Source of the DNA: Flectonema sp. DT1601
Lineage: Eukaryota
DNA length: 64,000 bases
Direction: 5' to 3'
Assembly (NCBI GenBank): GCA_964019425.1
Contig: OZ025798.1
Location: 1,116,001 to 1,180,000, forward strand
Shown here: positions 59,581-64,000 of the stretch, one piece after another
Layout: every line of letters starts with the position of its first letter
How positions within the stretch are numbered: position 1 is the stretch's first letter
Program-made: the position numbers and the translations under genes
Notes under the pieces: generated by a model
Database searches by the model: none
What the model was told of the DNA's origin: nothing
Seen by the model: the letters and a program-made list of their open reading frames with translations, nothing else

Positions 59581-61125
59581 ATGCCGAGTCTCGCATACAA
59601 GCACCATACCGCCCCTGCTGGTAACTTCAACTGTGGACCGAATGAAGTTATTGCGGGGCGTTACAAGGTAATCGACGAGGCAGGAGCTGGTAACTTCGCG
59701 AGAGTTCTGAGAGCATATGACGTGCAGAGGAATAATGAGATAGTTGCGGTTAAGATTCTGAGAAGAGAATATCAGAGAGACGCTGAATTCGAACACGAAA
59801 TCCTTTCAGCTATCAACAAACACGACAAAGTTGGAGATGTTCAGGTTTGCAAGATGAAGGCTCACTTCAACTGGGGTGGTCTTCCTTGCTTTGTATTCAA
59901 CCTTCTCGGTGGATCTCTGAAGGGAACTAAGTCTGGTTCTCACACTCCTATGTCTGAACTCGCCAACTTCGCGAGTCAATGCTGCAAAACTCTTTCGTTC
60001 CTTCACTTTACCTGCAATGTATGTGTTTTTTTTGTAATTTACTTTAATTTTTTTAAATAATGAAATTATAAATTAACTATTCAACACTTACAGATGATTC
60101 ACACTGACTTGAAACCTGAGAACGTTCTCCTTGATGGTCCACTCCCATCTGGTACCGTAATCGGTGACAGCTGGTCTGTTTGTGATTTAGGATCTGCTTC
60201 ATTCTTTGGAAGAAAAGCTGATCAAGATCTTATCCAAACTCGTCCATACCGCGCACCAGAAGTAGTTATGGGATGCCCATGGTCTTACTCTGTTGATATG
60301 TTCTCTGTAGGATGTATTATTTATGAATTGATGAAGGGAAAGAAGATGTTTGACGCGATGAACGACGAGCAACATCTTATCATGTTTGAAAGAAAGCTTG
60401 GTGGACTCCCAAAGTGGTTGATCAACTCTGGAAAGCCGCAAGTTCAAAAGCAGTACTTCGACCACAGCGGAAGACTCGTTCACTCTCAGTCAGTATTCAG
60501 CAACCCGTACGGAAGCTCATCAAAGAAACTCGAAAGACTTGAGGATGAGTTTGCTGGTCAGCCTGACCTTCTCGACTTCCTTCAGCAGTGTCTTCACTAC
60601 GACCCTGTTCTCCGTCTCAGAGCTGATGAGGCGTGCCACCACCCGTGGGTATTAAAATACGTTAGCAAGCCAGCTGTTTCTCTTGTTGCTCACCTTCCAG
60701 CATCACCATACGGTAGTGAAATTAAAACTCCAACTACTTCACTCATTGCATCCGGTAAGCCGCTTTCAAGAGAGCAGAAGGAACAGTTGATTGCAGAACA
60801 CGCGCCTAGCAGAAGTACATCACCAGTTATAGGATTCGACAGAGTAAACAGTGACGTGATGAGAAGTAACAGAGATCAGGTTGTTAGACAAGCAGCGTAC
60901 GCTGTGCAGCCACACATGCAGCCAGCTGCTGGTATGCCTTCAAGAGGAGGGTTGAGAGGACCAACTTCACGACCAACTCCTCCTATGCCTCCAGCACCAA
61001 GCAGGTACGTTACTTCTTCTTCAGCTTATGGAAGTAACATGAGAGGTCCTGTTAGAAACATCTCTTCTCCAAACCCTGCATCACTTCTCCGCAACTCTAA
61101 GATGATGACACCACCAACTTACTAG
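59581..61125 (+). CDS. CLK/LAMMER-family CMGC protein kinase; join(59581..60018,60094..61125)
   Basis: GAGNFARV, VAVK, MIHTDLKPENVL, DLGSA, IQTRPYRAPEV and LAMMER-like QHLIMFERKLG; 75-nt intron. Confidence 0.9.
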
Positions 61126-61310
61126 TCAAGGAATCCTTCATTGCTTACTTCAGACTGTTGCATCGAAGCGGAAGTAAGCTGATCATTAGCAAACGACAAA
61201 GCAACGGGAACAACAACAAAAAAAAGTTAAAATAGCAACAACAGTTATTCCAGCCTATAGAAGAAAACAAACAACAGCAAGCAGAGCTTATTCTGTACTA
61301 TTGAGAAACG

Positions 61311-61343
<33 letters not shown>
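61311..61343. repeat. Poly(A) homopolymer of 33 nt, representative of many intergenic A/T runs
   Basis: Directly visible. Long A or T runs also occur near 5350, 5970, 9320, 47220 and 47310. Confidence 0.9.
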
Positions 61344-61345
<2 letters not shown>

Positions 61346-62682
61346 TTAGATTTTCCCATTCCCATTCACAAACACCCCTTCATTCTTGTTAATGTCTATG
61401 TAGAAAAAAAAAAAAAAAAAAAGAAAGGAAAAGAAAAATAAGGAAACCTAATGTATATCCGTATCTCTTTATCAGTTGTCTTCAACAGGATGGCTGCAAA
61501 TGTAGCCCAAAAAGAAAAGAAAAGTTGACCACTGGGGGGAAAAAAAGAAATTAAAAAATAGTTGATCGACTTTTTTTTAAATTTTTTTTTTTTAATTTTC
61601 TTTTCGAGATGCCTGTGATTTGTAATTTTCTTTGTGTTGAAAAAATAAAAAAAACAGTCGTTGTTTTGGATTACGTTTTCTACTCCAAAAGTTTTAAAAA
61701 AAAAGATTTTCACAAATAAAGGCATCTTGTTCTCACAGTAGTCGATTTCTATTGTACTCTGTTCCCGTATTTAGTCGCTTATTATTTTCGTTTTGACTTA
61801 ACAAATCCGGATAAGGTGCGGTTCTGAAATGGAGTTTTCTATTTCTTTTTTTACTCTTTTTCTTCATCTTTATTTTATGTGGGGCTGAGTTCTTTTTCTT
61901 TTGTTGGCTTTTTTCACGAAACAAAAAAAGCAGCATTTTTAAAAAAAAAAAAAAAAAAAAAAAGTGGGGATGCAACAATTTTCCGCTTTGCAATAAAAAA
62001 TAAAAAAAAACTTTAAAAAAACGTTAAAAAAAAATATTTAAAAAAAAAAAAAAAAAAAAAGACATTTGGTCTGTGCAGGATCTCCCTTTCCAATACCGCT
62101 TTGAATAGTTTTTTCCTCTCTATTTAACTTTTTCCAGTACTAGCTGTGTCATAAACTTATACTACGGTCTCTCTCTTAGGAAGGTGAATGATGATAATTT
62201 GCCTTTCTGAAAGACAGCCAGTGTGGTTAAACTACCCAGCCAAATCCATAGATCACAACACCCCTGAAAAGAACGTTTTCTCATAATGTAAAGGAAGAGA
62301 AAGAAGAAAAAAAAAAAACTCTTATTTAGAACTGGCAATCCACAACCCGGTAAAAACACACTTTTTAAAAAAAAAAAAAAAAGAAAACAAACGAAAATAA
62401 TAATACCTTATAAAATTTTCCAGATAATGTTAATGAAAACGGTTAACAAAGGGAAAAACAACAAAAAAAAAAAATGAGTCAAGAGAATAACGACTCACCC
62501 AACCACACACACCCCAGTGACATTTTATCCCTCCCTCTTCCTGCAGTCATGTTTTATTATGGTTTTTGTTGTTCTTTTGTAATTGTTATCCCTTCAACTA
62601 ACAGTTCCTACACATGAGATGTTTTTTTATTGAATTAATTTTTGTAGACACTTATTCTAACAGAAATATCAACAACACACAC

Positions 62683-63441
62683 ATGGGACAGGTAATTGGT
62701 AAAGCCGTAGATGTTGCGCACTATCTTTGGGTAGGACGAAGTGATCAGATGAATCTGGTAAATTTATGGTCTCATTCACAGAACAAGTTAATGAAATATA
62801 ACGTAAATAATCTACCTGACAAAAATAGAAAAGGATTAAGAATAGTTTGCATATCTGACACTCACGAATATCATTCGAATGTTACGATTCCAAAGGCGGA
62901 TGTGTTGGTAATCGCGGGTGACGTTCTGTTGATGAATAGACATTGTCCAACTTCTCATTCTAAAAAGAAGATAATAGCATTAGGAGAATGGATAAGATCA
63001 CAACCAGTTGATAGTTGTGTTATGATTGCTGGTAATCATGATTTAGTTTTTGAAAAGATTGGAGCTGCAGAAGTTAGAAAGTTATTAGGAAGTAAAAACA
63101 CACACTACCTTGTAAATGAAAGCGTTACTCTCTCTGGAGTAAAGTTCTTTGGAACACCTTTCTCATTTGGAGATAGTAAAAATGCGGCTTTTCAAAACCG
63201 TTCTCGTTCCTTTCCAGAAATTCCGTCTGACACAGATGTGTTAGTATCTCATCAACCAGCTCCGAGGTGTCAACCTCTTCGTGAGATCATTAACAAATGT
63301 TGTAAGAAACTACATATCGGAGGTCATCATCACTGGCTTTACGGAGTAGCTGATGTAGGCAACGTCAAGAGTATAACAGCGAGTATCATGGACTCAAAAT
63401 ATAAACCAAAAAATCCTCCTATTGTTTATGACATTTACTAA
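62683..63441 (+). CDS. Calcineurin-like metallophosphoesterase (MPPED/239FB type)
   Basis: RIVCISDTH, IAGD, IAGNHD, LVSH and GHHH. Likely start is MG at 62683, after an AG at 62663. Confidence 0.88.
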   Translation: MGQVIGKAVDVAHYLWVGRSDQMNLVNLWSHSQNKLMKYNVNNLPDKNRKGLRIVCISDTHEYHSNVTIPKADVLVIAGDVLLMNRHCPTSHSKKKIIALGEWIRSQPVDSCVMIAGNHDLVFEKIGAAEVRKLLGSKNTHYLVNESVTLSGVKFFGTPFSFGDSKNAAFQNRSRSFPEIPSDTDVLVSHQPAPRCQPLREIINKCCKKLHIGGHHHWLYGVADVGNVKSITASIMDSKYKPKNPPIVYDIY

Positions 63442-63718
63442 TCTGAACTATTTTCATTCAGTCAATATTCTAACTAAGACTGCAATCGCACAATCTGCAA
63501 CTATACATTCCCCCTAGCCTAAGGTTTTCGCGGTTGTGTGTTTTTTCTTTTTTTTTTGTTTTGGCTTTTTGAATTCTTTTTCATAAGTCCAACAGCCACA
63601 CAGCCTGTGTGTTATCTCTGGTCTTGTCTCTTGTAATTTATTACTTGCGCTGTTTTTTTAGTTGTTTTGTTTTATTTTTATGAACAATATTTAGTTTTTC
63701 TCTTTTTCAGATGGCTGT

Positions 63719-64000
63719 ATGAGAAATTTCACTGAGCTGACCCGAGTGCTCTTAATATGGATCGTAATATTAGTGTTGGGGGAAGTACTTGTGTTTGATA
63801 TCTGGGTTAGTATGTGTTTTAAAATGAATCCTCAGAAGGAACAAGAGCGGTACTTAATAGTTGGAGACCCGCAGTTGACGGATTTTAATTCTTATGGACA
63901 GAGCGAGGGAATACTTTTACGAGCAACTGAATTGGTGTCTGATATTTATATGAAAAGATGTTACCGACGAGCCTCAAAATATATTAGTGATGTTATCTTC
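63719..64000 (+). CDS. 5' part of a Cdc1/MPPE1 (PGAP5)-like metallophosphoesterase, truncated by the window end
   Basis: Open frame MRNFTELTRVLLIWIVILVLGEVLVFD...YLIVGDPQLTDFNSY...SDIYMKR: signal anchor plus DPQL motif. Absent from the ORF track. Confidence 0.75.
   Translation, partial: MRNFTELTRVLLIWIVILVLGEVLVFDIWVSMCFKMNPQKEQERYLIVGDPQLTDFNSYGQSEGILLRATELVSDIYMKRCYRRASKYISDVIF

Noticed and set aside
245..62359. Minus-strand and nested alternate-frame ORFs in the ORF track
   Set aside because: They are short, mostly shadows of real + strand genes, and carry no recognisable motifs. The exceptions are + strand ORFs used above as spliced exons.
62683..64000. Adjacent metallophosphoesterases as a tandem duplication
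   Set aside because: They belong to different subfamilies (MPPED and Cdc1/MPPE1) and show no visible sequence similarity.
1..64000. CRISPR arrays, rRNA, tRNA, transposase/RT genes, alternative genetic code
   Set aside because: None was seen. ORF breaks in conserved genes are explained by GT-AG introns, and TAA, TAG and TGA all serve as stops.

Overview
Eukaryotic nuclear DNA, AT-rich, most likely from a euglenozoan of diplonemid type (inferred, not proven). All 28 credible protein-coding genes lie on the + strand, which suggests a polycistronic cluster. Many ATGs sit shortly after a pyrimidine-rich tract ending in AG (putative trans-splice acceptors). I reconstructed 20 short GT-AG cis-introns (58-97 nt) by hand; each one restores or keeps the reading frame. 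Recognisable genes: PPR protein, proteasome alpha-5, kinesin, RPGRIP1L-like, Ubl-LRR, TPLATE-like TSET subunit, PTC7-type PP2C, Kelch protein, RFC4, Vps34, GH127, CLC, F-box protein, a Det1-like pseudophosphatase, a CLK/LAMMER kinase and two metallophosphoesterases. Main observations: (1) cis-introns use a GTnTG donor and an A/C-rich 3' end with no polypyrimidine tract, the opposite of the putative trans-acceptors, and their two ends could base-pair; (2) the TPLATE-like protein has an acidic tail with about 30 xLF motifs; (3) the GH127 carries an inserted PAN/apple module; (4) one protein has 13 copies of an unrecognised His/Lys motif; (5) a ~125-nt intergenic element recurs 43 kb away, and several spacers contain hairpin clusters. 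All family calls come from motif recognition, not database searches.
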